From assembly GCF_037042905.1 (NCBI RefSeq), contig NC_087263.1, positions 12,774,001 through 12,838,000 on the forward strand: DNA of 64,000 nucleotides. Direction: 5' to 3'. Of this stretch, positions 1-13,044 are shown piece by piece (position 1 is the stretch's first letter; every line of letters starts with the position of its first letter). The notes below the pieces were generated by a model. It did not search any database, was not told the origin of the DNA, and was given only the letters and a program-made list of their open reading frames with translations. Origin of the DNA: Lytechinus pictus. Taxonomy: Eukaryota. Made by a program: the position numbers and the translations under genes.

Positions 1-544
1 CACAATATTGGAATTCAATTTTAGAATGAAGCTGTAGGTTTAAGATATGTTTTTATTCTGCCCCATGGAATTCGCAGTGATAGCAATACTATCTAAGGTT
101 CATTTTAATTTGAACGTAACCTTGGAATTATCGCATGCAAACACTACACCAGACGAAATATTAGAAGCACATAGACCAAGTGAAGTGTTAACTCTATTGT
201 ATGAGTTCAACGCCTCTTGGTATTTGTTATATCGATACGATATGGTGTTATATCAACACCTATAATTACGCTCCTCTCATCACGGACTGGTGTTAAGTGT
301 AACAACGTAGTGTTAACAATGTGGGGCTAAATCTATCATGTTTGTGTGGTTCGAGTAGCTGTGGGTGTAAATTTTATTATTTTTGTTTATTTATTCATAT
401 TTATATCCAGTGCCATTGTAAAAGTTTGATCTGTTTCTTTTGGAACCCAGTTTATATTGTTGGAGATTTCTCTTGTATTTTTAAAAAAGTTTTATTTCAA
501 GGAGCATTAAAACAATTTCACATCCACGTCGTAAGCGTCGCGAC

Positions 545-720
545 GCGCCGTGGTGTAGTTAGTGATTCTGATATCTTGTAATCAGATGGTCGTGCATTCG
601 AATCCCCTGCGGCGCGAATGGTCTATATTAAGGCGCCTCTCACTTCGCAATCATTCATCCAGGTGTTAGATTAGCCGACTGGTAACCGGTATACGTTGCG
701 AAAGCCGATGTAGTTACCAA
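545..720 (+). mobile_element. Degenerate tRNA-derived SINE
   Basis: A-box-like GTGGTGTAGTTAG and B-box-like ATTCGAATCCC, followed by a body resembling the other SINE copies (CATCCAGGTG...CCGG). Confidence 0.6.
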
Positions 721-1269
721 ATGGACCTTCATTTTTTATTTCTCGGGACCAAAGTTACTTTAATTTTGTAATGAACTTCCCTCTTTTTGCTTGTCAAATT
801 TACATCAGCGACCCCTTGAAAAAAATCGTTCCCAATTACAAATTTGCCTACTAAAAATATACAGTACAAATGTTGGACCGTGCAATATAAATTGTTGTCC
901 ACATGAAACACTTCAGTGTGAGGGGCGAAAATTTTTAACGCCACGTGACGCGCTTTGACTATTCGCGTTGCTTAACACAAATAATTTTATTTCATAATCT
1001 TGACAATAGACTATAAGTTCAAAACTATGGAATGAAATTCCAAATGATATAAAAAACAGTTCTACTTTATCAAGATTTAGATCTTTATGCAGGAAAATGT
1101 TATTTTTCGTTTATTGATCGAATGCATGTAATCTCACATCTTACATTAGTGCTCCCCCCCTTTACCTCATTCTTTTTTTCTTTTTTTTTTGCTGCAGGAG
1201 TGTTTCTTTTAATTTTGATCTAGGATTTTTACTCTTTAATTTTGTCATTTGTAATGTATTAATGTATCG

Positions 1270-1414
1270 TGGTGACCCCTTTTATAAGCATCGCTTCTCC
1301 GGGGTCTCCGAACCATCTATTTTTTTTTCTGATACTTTGTTAATACTGTATATTGTACTGTTTTTATCCTTTTGATGGTTGAATAAATAATTGAATTGAA
1401 TTGAATTGAATTGA
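1270..1414 (+). mobile_element. 3' end of an L2/Crack-type LINE (or derived SINE) with (TTGAA)n tail
   Basis: GGTGACCCCTTTTATAAGC..CTTCTCCGGGGTC..GATGGTTGAATAAATAATTGAATTGAA matches, in reverse complement, the element at 32069-32470, which still carries LINE ORF2 C-terminal coding sequence. Confidence 0.65.
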
Positions 1415-1440
1415 TGAAACAATCTCATGTTGTTCTTCAG

Positions 1441-1636
1441 GATAACATAGTGATCGGTGGTCAAGCTGGGATGTACGATGTGAACAGAGACAGGATACCA
1501 GACTACTGGGTCTTGGACAACGAAAGGATGATGATCGTAAACGCAAACATCCACAGTGCAGGAGTCTATACCTGTCAGTACCGCTACTTCTTTCGCGGGA
1601 TGCATCAGAATGTTGCGGAGAGGATCAATGTAAACT
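1441..1636 (+). CDS. Ig-superfamily cell-surface protein, internal exon (C-terminal half of an Ig domain); upstream exons lie outside the window or were not found
   Basis: Acceptor ttcttcag at 1440, donor gtacgt at 1637, phase 0/1. Encodes DNIVIGG...MMIVNANIHSAGVYTCQY...INVN with the Ig F-strand motif AGVYTC. Joins in frame (T+TT=Phe) to the exon at 4080. Confidence 0.85.
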
Positions 1637-2002
1637 GTACGTATTCTACCGCAACGAAAGGAAAACCCCGCTAGGGGCACGAGTGGCGCCAGAGGGGGAG
1701 GGGGGGGGGGTAGTGACCGTATGTTATGGAAGAGGTAGTGTTAGATTGTCTTCACATTGTTAGACGTGTGAAGTTTAAATAAAGTAATACTACTTGCGCA
1801 CGTCACTGCGAAATGCGTCCCGATGCGCGCATGCGTCATTAATAGTGTGAATCAAATATTCAGAAAGTTGAAATTGTAAACATATTGTGATAAACGCACA
1901 CTGTGGACAACGTCGAGGTGTCCACACTGGGCAATTATTGTCTTTACAATATTACAGTTGGGGATTTTAACATTTTTTTATCAAATCCTCATACAGTCCA
2001 TG

Positions 2003-2250
2003 ATGTGAACACGCTATATGAACACATCGTGAACACATATGCACACATTGTGAGCACAGTATGAAAATACACTTAGAATACAATCTGTGAACACACTGAG
2101 CGCACACTGTGAACGTCCTGTAAGCACACTGTGAAAACACTGCGGGCACTAGTGGGAATACACTGCGAACACATTGCATACACAATGTGAACACATTACA
2201 TACACAATGTGAACACACTAAGAGCACACCGTAAGCAAACTATGTGACAC
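2003..2250. repeat. Degenerate short-unit tandem repeat (TGTGAACACAC-like)
   Basis: Repeated GTGAACACAC/ACACTGTG motifs. Confidence 0.7.
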
Positions 2251-4079
2251 ATTTTTTTTTTCCAGCCGGGTGGGGGCGCCTAATTCTACTCTATGGTTTA
2301 GCATTAGGCCTGACAAAAATGTCGAGGCCTGTAATATCTTGGTCATGCAACTATACGATAACTTCATTTTTTTGTCTTAGAACTCAAACTAGCTTTTGAT
2401 GAAACTGCCCACTACCCCTGTGATATTTTAGTTTGATTTACCCTCTCACCCTCGGGTACATTGGCCAAATGGAAGACAGAAATTTAGTTCCGATTTTTAA
2501 TTTCAATGTCCATACTGTTCCTAAGGCATACTTTTGTTTTATGAAAAACATTGGAATAACCAAAGAGACAACAAATTGAATAAATTCTTCTTTCGAAAAT
2601 CACATTTCAGGATATACAAAAGAAACATATGAGACTATATACAGTTGTCATCCGAAATAAATTGGCAACTATTATCATGATTTTTTTCAAGTATTATCAT
2701 ATTGTAATGTGTTTCTATGTTCTATCGTCCTGCCGTGGGTAATAGCAAATGCAAGGCTATTTTGTAATAATGATTGTATAAGCACCCAAAAATGTTACAT
2801 AATCATATATAGTTATCATTATAGGGTATAGAAATGATTTGATTTGCCTGTGGCTTCTGACAGTGATTATAAGAATTATGTGAGAAAAAATGTATGGCAT
2901 CATAATGTCAGAGTAAAATCTCCTGGGGGAGAATGGGTCAAGTATTATTATTTTTCAAACATTATCATCGTGTCACGTGTAATGTGTCTCTATTTTCCTT
3001 TGTATTAACAATAGGAATGTAAAAGACGGTACAAAAGTATTATTACATAATGAAAAAAAAAAGAAAACAAAAACAAAACGGAGGAAAAGAGAAATAAGCG
3101 AAAGGAAAAGGAGAAATGGGGGCATTTTGTAAATGTCATTTTAAAATCATTCATGAATTATATTTCAAAAATCGCACAATTTTGGCATACCCCCTTAAAT
3201 TCTTTGGCTTTGTACGCCACTGTGCATTGGGTATTTGCTTGTATCAGATCAATTAAAGATAAAATAATAATGCAGATAAACGGGTCTTTGTCGTGAGGAA
3301 ATACATAAACGGGGAATCAGTGTTATGTGGTGTACAATCAGCAATGCCAAGTTTCGAACCGATGAATTATCGATTAAGAGGATTCAAATTATTACTTTTT
3401 AGTGTATATATTATAGTACATCACATCTGTTTTGTAAGCATTTTAAAAAGGAAAATCACAAGCTGAAACTTCCAAGCTTCAAGTCGTCCAATAGATAGGA
3501 GGCCAATGTCACGATTAGAAAACGTTCTGATTACTAGAACTTATCCTAGGTAGGGGTCAGGGGTGGAGCCCCTTGAAATTTATTAATTTTGTGTAAAAAA
3601 AAATAGTATCATTATGCAAGACTAAGATTTCGGTGGGCGAATGGGTCAACTAACATTATTTTTTCAGATTTGTTTTCCGGGGGGGGGGCGACAGAACGCA
3701 TAACAAAATTTTGAAAGGAAAAAACTCAAAAAACGAGGAAGCGAAGTGACGGAGTCTGTCATGGGGACGCCCATTCGTGTGGGGGGGGGGGGGGAACTAC
3801 CCCCTACTCGCCGCTGCGTACTAGTCTGCTGTGCAAACCCTTCACTCGAGTTAAGGGTCTGAATGTGCAGCCTACTCATGCCTTGTGTACTGAAGGCCCT
3901 CTCGCTCAGGGATTGAACCAGCAAGTTTTGTATGTGCTAGTCTTTGCGTGGAGACACACTTGCTGATCAAAGTTTCAATCGGGGTCTGTGCCTCCGGACT
4001 AGCTGCGTACGGCCAGTCTTCTGTGCACATTCATGAATTCGTCTATGGCTCGTTACATCTTAATTTTCTTTCACCACAG

Positions 4080-4394
4080 TTCCCGTTGAATTGGTAACAA
4101 AACCATTAATACGATGGCAGGAGCTTCCGAACTCTGGACCCCTTCGTCTCGAGTGCAAGGCCCGTGGATTCCCGCGCCCAAGAATAGCTTGGACCTACTC
4201 CAACTTCACGTTCGAAAGCGGGGGTTACATGGATAAAAATGTCAGCATTGTGACAAGTCCGCAATCGCAGACCATTGTTACGTCAGTCCTAAGCGTACGT
4301 CACATGCCAGACAAGTTCAATGTTGCCCGGTTTAACTGCTCAGGGCGGAACAGTGTTAGCAAGGCCAGCAAGCTTATCATGGTAGTAAATATGG
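4080..4394 (+). CDS. Ig-superfamily protein, complete Ig (I/C2-set-like) domain exon
   Basis: Acceptor tttcaccacag at 4079, donor gtaagt at 4395, 315 nt, phase 1/1 as is typical of Ig exons. Encodes LRLECKARGFPRPRIAW...VTSVLSV...ARFNCSGRNSVSK. Confidence 0.92.
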
Positions 4395-4530
4395 GTAAGT
4401 ATATCTTCGCACAGTGATGCACGTCGAATTCAAGAACACATTAAGTATTTCTAAACAATGCCCGTCAAATGACATAAAACAGGGTTGGGAGTCTTTGTAG
4501 AAAATTGAAAATTGGTGAACCGGAATAGCA

Positions 4531-5380
4531 GTTTATGTCTTGCCTCCATAGCATAGGGAGACTATAGGCTCCGCTTTTCAGACGGCGGGAGCGTCGTCAA
4601 CATTGAAATCTTATTAAACCAAGCTTAAGTTTTTGAAAATTTTCATCATAACTTTGACCTAGTTCAAGATACTTAGACGTAAGGATGGTCAACTAAATAT
4701 CCTGTTTGAGTTTCAGGACATAAGACCAATGTCAAAGGTCATTTAGGGTCAATGAACTTAGACCATGTTGGGGAATCAATATCGAAATCTTAACTAAGGT
4801 TAAGTTTTTGAAATGTCATAACTTAGAAAGTATATTGACATAGTTCATGAAACTTAGACATAAGGGTAATGGTGTATCACTAAAGATCCTTCATGAGTTT
4901 CAGGTCACATGATCAAGGTCAAAGGCCACTTAGGGTCAACGAACTTTGGCCATGTTGGGGGGTATTTGTGGAATTGTCATCATGACTTACAAATTGTATG
5001 GATCTAGTTTATGAAACTTGGAATTAAGAGCAATGAATTATCCCAAATTATCCTGTGCGTGTTTCAGGTCACTTGACCAAGATCAAAGGTCATCGGACTT
5101 TTGCCGTGTTGGGGGTATTTGTTAAATTGGCATCATTACTTTTATGGATCTAGTTCATGAATAATAGACATAAGGGTAATCAAGTATGAATGATTGCTTT
5201 GCTCACGTAGTAGGTCACATGATCATGGTCAAAAGTCACTTTGGGTCAATGGACATAGTATTTTATTATCAAATGAATGTTTTGTTTCGTGAATAATTAT
5301 AGCTGTTTGCAAAATCAGCACTGCTGGTATATCGAATCGCGTAATGCAGGCGAGACTGCCAGCGTCGTTCCCCTTGGTTT
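4531..5380 (+). mobile_element. Non-autonomous Helentron/HINE-like element with internal ~160-nt tandem units
   Basis: Subterminal inverted repeat GTCTTGCC..GCAGGCGAGAC, T-rich insertion site, no TSD, repeated AGGTCACATGAYCAAGGTCAAAGGTCA units. It interrupts another repeat that is uninterrupted near 39590-39630. Second copy at 38388-39235. Confidence 0.55.
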
Positions 5381-6205
5381 CTGGAAGTTTCGGAGCTGAT
5401 GACTGTTGGCATATGCGTCTTTTCTCCACAGTCCGGGACGAAAATGCTGTTTTGATTCACCAATTTTTGACAATAACTTCTTGGTTGTCCATTGCCATGC
5501 CATGTATATAATTATGTTCTTGAATCCGCCGCGTGTCGTGAAGCAACAGATCGAATCCCGAATAACTGATTATTTTTCACAATATTATATAAATAGTGTA
5601 CAATCTAGTGTTCAATATACTGGATTGTATATGGATATTTTATTCCTTCTTTCTTCCCTTTCCTTCCTCTGATTTCGTCTTTCCCCATCCTTGCCCCCTT
5701 TTAACTCCTTGCAAAGGTAGGGGAGGTGGAAGGCCACCCCCTTTCCACTATGCACCTGCCCTATACTCAACTCATTGAATATGTCCAAAATCCTTGAAAC
5801 CATATAAAATAATAGAAGTCATATGAAGTACAAGTTAATACGTGTTTTTCTCTGAAAGTCTATATATGTCTTTGACATTAGGTATATTTTGCTGTTTGTG
5901 TTTCCGTTTTGTTTGTCCATTTGATATTCCACAATCTAAACCTGTATATGGCTTCCAGATTTGATAGATCAAAGTTCTGTACTTAATTGGACAAGAATCA
6001 GCGAATCCATATAATGTACAAATGTGGATGGACTCAATGTTACAACTCAAAATAAAAAGAGGATAGCCTTGAAAGAGCTAAAGAAAGACTGATATGCCAG
6101 GGCATTCAATTTTGCAAAAGCATCACCATTTTGTCACTATAGATATTTCCCCTTCATTTTGGCATATCGCTGCTAGGGTGATAGAACCTCGTATCTCAAA
6201 TTTAA

Positions 6206-6899
6206 AGGCCCAGTCCTACTGCAGCTCTTACTGATGCTAAGAGGATGTAAAACGTAAAAAATCTTGCCATCCGTTGGAAAACGCTATGCATCCGGTTGGT
6301 ACTCATTGGTCATTGCGTATGTATTTCATACGCTCTATCCATCGAGGATGCGCCCTCTGTGATTTTATCCGCGCAAAAGAGTTTTGAGCTGCACAAAACT
6401 TTCAGAAGGGATGAACTTTCCGCGTTGTAAGTCCGCGTGAATATACGAGCAACAAACGTTCTATGGCCGTTATCATCCTTTAGACGTCCGTTTTATCCTC
6501 TAAGCATCAATTACTTTAGTATGGGCAAAATTTTCATCACACTGGATAAATAAATAACTAACTAACTATTAACTAAATAAATAAATAGATAAATAAATAA
6601 ATAAAGTAATAAATGCAGTGGTTGTACACATAATTACCATCATGGAGTGAAGCACGGGAATAGAATGGATGTAAGCGTATGCATCTCGTATATATGTGTA
6701 AAATATTTAAAATCTCCGGTAACCCTACTTCCATCCGCTTTCATCCTGTAGACTTCCGATAAACATCCATTTGAAATCCCCACTACATACTACAAACGGA
6801 TGGAGCCACCCCCGAAATTTTGCTCGTCCGCTGTGTCCTTCATGAATATGATGAATATGTTTTGTGTCCATCGGTCCATCGGCCAGTGGGACCAGGCCT
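6206..6899. mobile_element. MITE, PIF/Harbinger-like
   Basis: Terminal inverted repeats AGGCCCAGTCCTACTG / CAGTGGGACCAGGCCT with TWA-like flanks, plus internal inverted repeats. Confidence 0.55.
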
Positions 6900-7210
6900 T
6901 TAATATTTTGACGACAGCTCAGGATATGCTAAATTTTAGAGCTATAACATTGGTAGCAAACATCTTTTGCCTCGAAATAGTTCTTCACATGTATCAGGAG
7001 ACTGTTTTTTCAGCCAATATAAGACACATAATTGCTATGAATACAGCCTTTCCGAAGCTGCCCTCAAAAAATTAAATTTCTTGATTAGAGGTTTTATAAG
7101 CCCAGCCACGATAATTCATGTAGTATATATTATGTTTTCTTGTTAATTCGTTTGAAATATTTTTTAAATTTAATATTGATTTATCAACTGTCGTAATTGA
7201 TATTAACATC

Positions 7211-7500
7211 GGTGTGTTGGCTCAGTTGGTAAGAGCGTCCGTCTCACGAGTGGGAGGTCGGGGGTTCAAACCCCGGCCGCGTCAGACCATAGACCTTCAT
7301 GGTCGGACCAAAAGACGTTAAAAGATTGGAGTTGCTGCTACCATGTTTGGCGTTCAACAACTAAAGGGATCGAGCCTCGTCGATCTGGCGCTGCACAGCG
7401 GCTGCCGGGCCTACGATCAATTGGGCAAAGCAAATTTTCGGAGGATTTCATTTCATGTCTCTTCCGAACAATACAAATATGGATTTGCATTTCATTAATT
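7211..7500 (+). mobile_element. tRNA-derived SINE
   Basis: A box TGGCTCAGTTGG and B box GGTTCAAACCC, followed by a non-tRNA body and an (ATTTC)-rich tail. Confidence 0.8.
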
Positions 7501-7527
7501 TTTTTCATTTCACTTTTCAATTTACAG

Positions 7528-7673
7528 GTGGAACATCGGAACAAATTCCAAACAGAGGGCCGAATAGCGGTACTTCAACCAGTGATGCCAGCATCGGACA
7601 TGCACCAAGGTTGCCCCTAGTGGCCTTAACAACATTCTGTATACTCACCAAATCACTTTGGGTTTTGAGATGA
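7528..7673 (+). CDS. Ig-superfamily protein, terminal exon with GPI-anchor-signal-like C-terminus
   Basis: Acceptor tttacag at 7527; the phase 1 join gives (G)GTSEQIPNRGPNSGTSTSDASIGHAPRLPLVALTTFCILTKSLWVLR*. This is a small-residue spacer followed by a hydrophobic tail with no cytoplasmic domain. AATAAA at 7881. Confidence 0.75.
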
Positions 7674-8003
7674 ACAAACAAACGCTTTATGAACAAAAAC
7701 AAAAATACACATTTGAATTCAATTCACTTGTTTATTTCATTTTCATCGAAACATAACTAGAGTAATATAAATCTGATGCAAATTGATGGCTTGACATCAA
7801 AAGCATTATAAAATAGAGCATATAGAAATGGAAATGAGCGTTCCCACTAAAAACACTGCCTGTAAATTGTGGATAAAAAAAATAAAACAAATAAATAATT
7901 TAGTACTTAATTTAATGCATACGTATATATACATACAAGAAAGGAAGAAATATAAAAAGGCAGAGGTCAGGATGTGGTAAATGGTACTTTAGTTACAGAC
8001 CAG

Positions 8004-8280
8004 GGCCCCATCTTACAAAGAGTTGCAATTGATCCAATCAGTCTCAATAATTATTGTATGGAAATCCATCCATACCATAATTTTTTCTACAAGAAATTTG
8101 GTCAATCTCTTTAGGAAAGAAAGAGAATCACATGGAATCTTTAAGAGAATGACGAATGTATGATAATACATCATAATCTAGAAAACAATTTGAATAAATC
8201 TGCATGTTAGATGTTGATGTTGCTGGCTATTCATAGTTGTGGTTGATCGGATTAATCGCAACTCTTTGTAAGACAGGACC
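8004..8280. mobile_element. PIF/Harbinger-like MITE
   Basis: TIR GGCCCCATCTTACAAAGAGTTGC / GCAACTCTTTGTAAGACAGGACC with 3-bp TSD CAG (8001-8003, 8281-8283). Confidence 0.8.
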
Positions 8281-8283
8281 CAG

Positions 8284-8935
8284 ATGTGTGTTTAAGCTGT
8301 GCGTAAAGTTAGGGACAATTTTTCGTACGACTGGAGCATGTTTTTAGCAGGGGCGGATCTATTTTTTTTCAAGGAGGGGGTTTGACCGAGTAATTTGACA
8401 AGCAACAAAAAGACCTTTACTACGAAATAAAGCCATTTTGGTAGCGAGATTTTTTTACAACAAAATAAAAACCAAAAGGGTTCACTATGAAATGAAGGCA
8501 ATTCGGGGTTGGCTCCAAAGTGCAGGCCAGTACTTAAAAAAAACTTAGCAGCTAAGGGGGGGGGGGGGGTATACCACATAACCCCCCCCCCGTAGATCTG
8601 GCACTGCTTCTCCCCCTACGGCGGCGTACGGCGAGTCGAAAAAACCAAACCACCTACATTATAATGTAACTGGTACAAAAAATATGTTAAAACGGCCGTT
8701 TTCGACTTGCCGAAGGCCGCCGTAGGGGAAATGTGACTGCGCCATTAGTCAGCGACACGGGCGTATATAATCTAGCACAAAACACACAAAAAAGATTACC
8801 AGTCGAGCGTAAAGTTATTCGTAAATCATACCTCAGTCACATTTCCCCTACGGCGGCGTTAAAACGGCTGTTTTCGACTCGCCGTATGGGAAATGTGACG
8901 GAGGTATTACAAACAGCGTTATGAAACACCCACCA
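8284..8935. mobile_element. Cluster of nested MITEs
   Basis: Outer element resembles 39872-40030 (ends TTATGAAACACCCACCA). It contains a CAGGGGCGGATCT..AGATCTGGCACTG G-tract element (8348-8605) and two CCCCTACGGCGGC..GCCGTAGGGG foldbacks (8610-8740, 8828-8908). Confidence 0.6.
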
Positions 8936-8946
8936 GAAGCAGGCAA

Positions 8947-9562
8947 AAGCCCCCCTTCACACCTTCAAGGATGCAACACGGATCATCACGGATCTCAATC
9001 CTTGGTGATCCGGGGTGCAAAATTGATATTTTTCTACCATTGCCTGAGTGAATACGTATTTAACAGGGTATTTACACGGAAATGTACGGATAAGTGCGGT
9101 GTCTACAAGGATAGACATGGTAGCATTAGGGATATGCTTGATTAGCTACCGGGAGTCATCACGGAATACAAAGAATGTTACTGGGTCCTTACACGGACAT
9201 TCACTATGACTAATGAACTTCTGCAGCGTATAACTACATGGCCAAGATCACGGACTATTGATCATGTACACAAACAATGGAAAAATTTCGACCTTGGATA
9301 TTAATAGCCGGTATTAACATGGAGCCACCCGGATGCATTCGGTAACTCCACGGATGTACAAGGTGGTTACAAGGATGAACACGGATGATCATACTCCGGG
9401 ATGAAAAATTGAACATGTTCAATTTTTCTCCCGGATATGCAGGTACAGTGTATATCAAGAATGGCGCCGGATGAGTAGCCGGTGTGTACACGGTAATCGC
9501 GGACTGTGCACGAATGACCACGGGATGATCCGTGTTGCATCTGTGAAGGTTTAAAATAGCCT
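8947..9562. mobile_element. Foldback MITE
   Basis: Inverted ends GATGCAACACGGATCATC / GATGATCCGTGTTGCATC. Confidence 0.6.
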
Positions 9563-9830
9563 TAAAGCGACCTTTCATGAGAAGGATTTCAAGTCTTTCA
9601 CTCGGCTGCATGCCTGGGAGGTGTAATGTAATAGACGCCGGCATGTCTGGGAGGTCTGTAGGAGAGCAATAGTTAGTAGACCAACCAACCAGAAGTAAAC
9701 TGCGTGTTTTCACTTTGAAACATGTAACTTCTCAGAGGTTATTTATTTTGGTTTAGCAATCAAGAGACCTGCGATGAGTCTAGGAATTGGGATTGTTGGA
9801 AACTGGAACTGCGATGATCCGAAGAAAATA

Positions 9831-10250
9831 GTGCGTTTTCGCCCAGCGTCGTACGACGCTATCTACGACGTAGAACGATCTCTTGGTTCGTGCGTCCGTC
9901 GCGCTCAACTCTCGCTTGTAAGCAGTTTCGCAAATCGCTGAACGGATCCGGATCGACCGGAAGTACGTAGACTGCATGACGTCACCACTACTAGGGAAAA
10001 TCCCGCGCCCGCGCTCTATGAACTGGCTGTCGGCGCGGCTCAGCTCAGCTTGCTCGCTCTACAAGCGATCTGATTGGCTGTTGACGGCTGTTGACAAATC
10101 CTACGTTCTAATGCGGACGCCCGCTAATTTGCGGAAGAACCGTCCGTGATTTGAGCTCAAGAACGCTCGGGCCTCTGTTTCCATGGAAGTTGGCGATTTT
10201 TGCACACGACCCTTACGTTCTACGTCGTACGACGCTGGGCGAAAACGCGC
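9831..10250. mobile_element. MITE with long TIRs
   Basis: GCGTTTTCGCCCAGCGTCGTACGACG / CGTCGTACGACGCTGGGCGAAAACGC, flanked by TA on both sides. Confidence 0.75.
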
Positions 10251-10676
10251 TAATAACCATCACGAGTTCGGTCAAATTCGTGCTGTCCGAACTTTTATCG
10301 CATTAGTCCGACGGGCGCTCATGACGGACGGATTATATTTTGCAAGTCAATTGGCCTTTTGCAAATTTCGTATTGATTCAATTTCCCAATGATTTGTCAG
10401 TGGCTGTGCCCTTTAAGTAACACAAAGAGGTTTTCGCCACGAAGGATGCATTACTCAGGCCTACTGTACAATTCACGATGGGATATTCTTGCTGTGATAC
10501 GCAGTCACACATGCGAAACCGACTCAAGACCGACCAAAGCTAGTAGGGCCTTGAGTGTCGTGCCAAAATTTTAAATTTCTAAAATCCTGGCACGACAAAT
10601 TTTGGGGATTATTAGCGTGAACTATTCGTAAATTCTGCGCAACCTCCTCGGACCAAGTCGTGCAATGGCACGCATT

Positions 10677-10770
10677 TCACGACTAGTTCACGAGTAATTC
10701 ACGACTAGTTCACGACTACTTTACGACTAGTTTGCGACTAGTTCACAATAGTTTGCGCATAGTTCACGCT
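10677..10770. repeat. 11-bp minisatellite (CACGACTAGTT)n
   Basis: About 8 imperfect copies are visible. Confidence 0.8.
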
Positions 10771-13002
10771 CACCTCAGAATTGCTCGCCTCAAAGGCATA
10801 CGCACGCGTAGTTTGGCTATAACGAATGACAATTCATGGAATTCGATTTTATGCTCCAATGAATGATGATGAATTGAATGACGTGACAGTGTCTTACTAA
10901 CAAACTATTTGTTAGTAAGAGTAGTAGGTCCACGGTAAGAGAAGGTGAAGATTGGGAGAACTGGTGTATTGGTATGTACTGTTTTCCAAACAAATATCTA
11001 TATACTAACGTCCAGTACTGACCGCACAGAACCATTGTTAGCGCTAGCAATGCGCTAACAGAGGCCCTGTTACAACCGGTATATTGTGGCAGTGATGCCT
11101 AATGTTACAACAATGCATTTGGCCTACTTACACATTGAAATAAATATTTTGACTTCATAATCCGAAAGATGTGACTATATGTTTACTGTTAGCGGTCTTT
11201 CCGGCTCACAACATTTTTTGTGCGGCCAGCACAGGTCTAAACTAACACCGTATATGAAAAGGACGTGTGGCATGGTTGTCGATCCGCTCGCGCTTTCTAT
11301 CCATAGGGGGGGGGGGTGGCGTTTGTATTATTACGCAATAATATCCCCCCCCCCCGGATGAATAGAACTTTCTGCGGGTCGACACCATTGACGTGTGGAG
11401 TAGTAACTTTGTTTCTTCATGGTAAGAACCCAAGTCAACCTGGATCCCGTACCATATGTATGTTGATATTTAGTTGAAAGTTTTGAATAATCATGTGACT
11501 TGTAAATAGACAGTCATGCTGATTTATATTACTCATAGACTTTCTTGGATTGTAATTTTGTAATGAGAAGCTTGATTAATTTTTTTTTAGAATTATTTTT
11601 GCAGATTTTAAATATGTAATTTAAAATTGTTAATCATTATGATCATTTATGTACATATTTGATACTACGAGCAAAGAATTCTCTGGTTATTTTTGTATTT
11701 TATTCTTAGTTGAGGTATCTAGCTATTGAGATATTTGTGTCAGTAAAGAAAGTTTGATTTAAATATGAAACAGGGAGTAACGCTCTTTATGACGGTAAAG
11801 GTGTTTCTTTAAGAGAAAGATATTTGTACAACTTTCCATCATATACAATGTAGTATGGTTGATATTTAAATCATTTGGAATTAACTTCAATTCAAATAAA
11901 AAAAATAGTTTTAGATTGTCCATATCTAATTAGTTAATTTCACCGTCCTAATATTGTAAATATTGTATGTAAAGGATTTGTATTCATATAATAAAATGAA
12001 GCGCCTTGAAGCAGTTGTATCAAATGGTATATGCATATTGCATTCTTATCATAATAATAATATTGTTTTGACTACCATCATTTGTATAGGCTTTATCATT
12101 ATTATAACTGGCACCAATAATTATATTTTGCACCATCATGGAAATTAGAATCAGTATGATGATTGTGATTATCATTTTTTTTGTGTTATTATTACAAATG
12201 TTGTTGTTTTGCTATCAATGTTATCATTAGTATTATTTCAATTTTTATTGTAGTATTTTTTTCGTCGTTGTAAACATTTTTAAGATTATCAACTTTAATG
12301 CTATTGATCCAGGTATGCTATAAACATAACTGACTGATTGATGCTTGGTATAAATGTTCTTGTCCTATACTTAAGGTAATACAATAAATTATATTCGTGA
12401 TATGCACATTTAATAATGTATACTTTCTGGAAGAAAATGAAGGGCCAAGGGGGGGGGGGTACTATGCCACAAATTTGAGGGTAGATCAATACCTTTCTGA
12501 TAGTTTGTTAGAACATCTGTATCAGTTATCATATAAGAATGATACGATGATATACTCGTGTCAATTTTTTGTGAAGTGCCTTGTAATTGCTAATAAATGG
12601 GCGTTGGCTCACGTAGATATTTCTGATTATAATATTGTATAGCATCACTGTATTTCCTCAGCTTTTCTTGTGTTATTGTCATTTCATTTTAAACTGACCA
12701 ATTCATCATTCCTGAAATATAGCACCAGAAAGTACAAAGGAAACACACAATGGAATACAAATATATATTTCCGAATTTCTGAAGAATATCAGTATTCCAT
12801 TTAAGTTGATTAATTTCACTTGAACGTGGTAAAAATCCCATTCAATCAGCCGGTTGCAGATTTCAACGTTTTGATATCTCAATGGCTACACAGAAATTGA
12901 GTATAATACGGTGGAGGTATTATTCCTGATTTATATACTAGCTAATGAAGTATAAATCTTACCATTTTATAAACAATCCTCGAGTGGAAAGAGGGTGGGG
13001 GA

Positions 13003-13044
13003 AGAGAGAGAGAGAGAGGGAGAGAGAGAAAGAGAGAGAGAGAG
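13003..13044. repeat. (GA)n microsatellite
   Basis: Direct inspection. Confidence 0.9.

Noticed and set aside
47..581. ORFs 47-265 and 321-581 as upstream Ig-gene exons
   Set aside because: No Ig motifs or convincing splice sites.
7211..7290. Possible tRNA genes here and at 545, 30482, 34680 and 43119
   Set aside because: Acceptor stems are imperfect and each continues into a SINE body, so they are called SINE heads.
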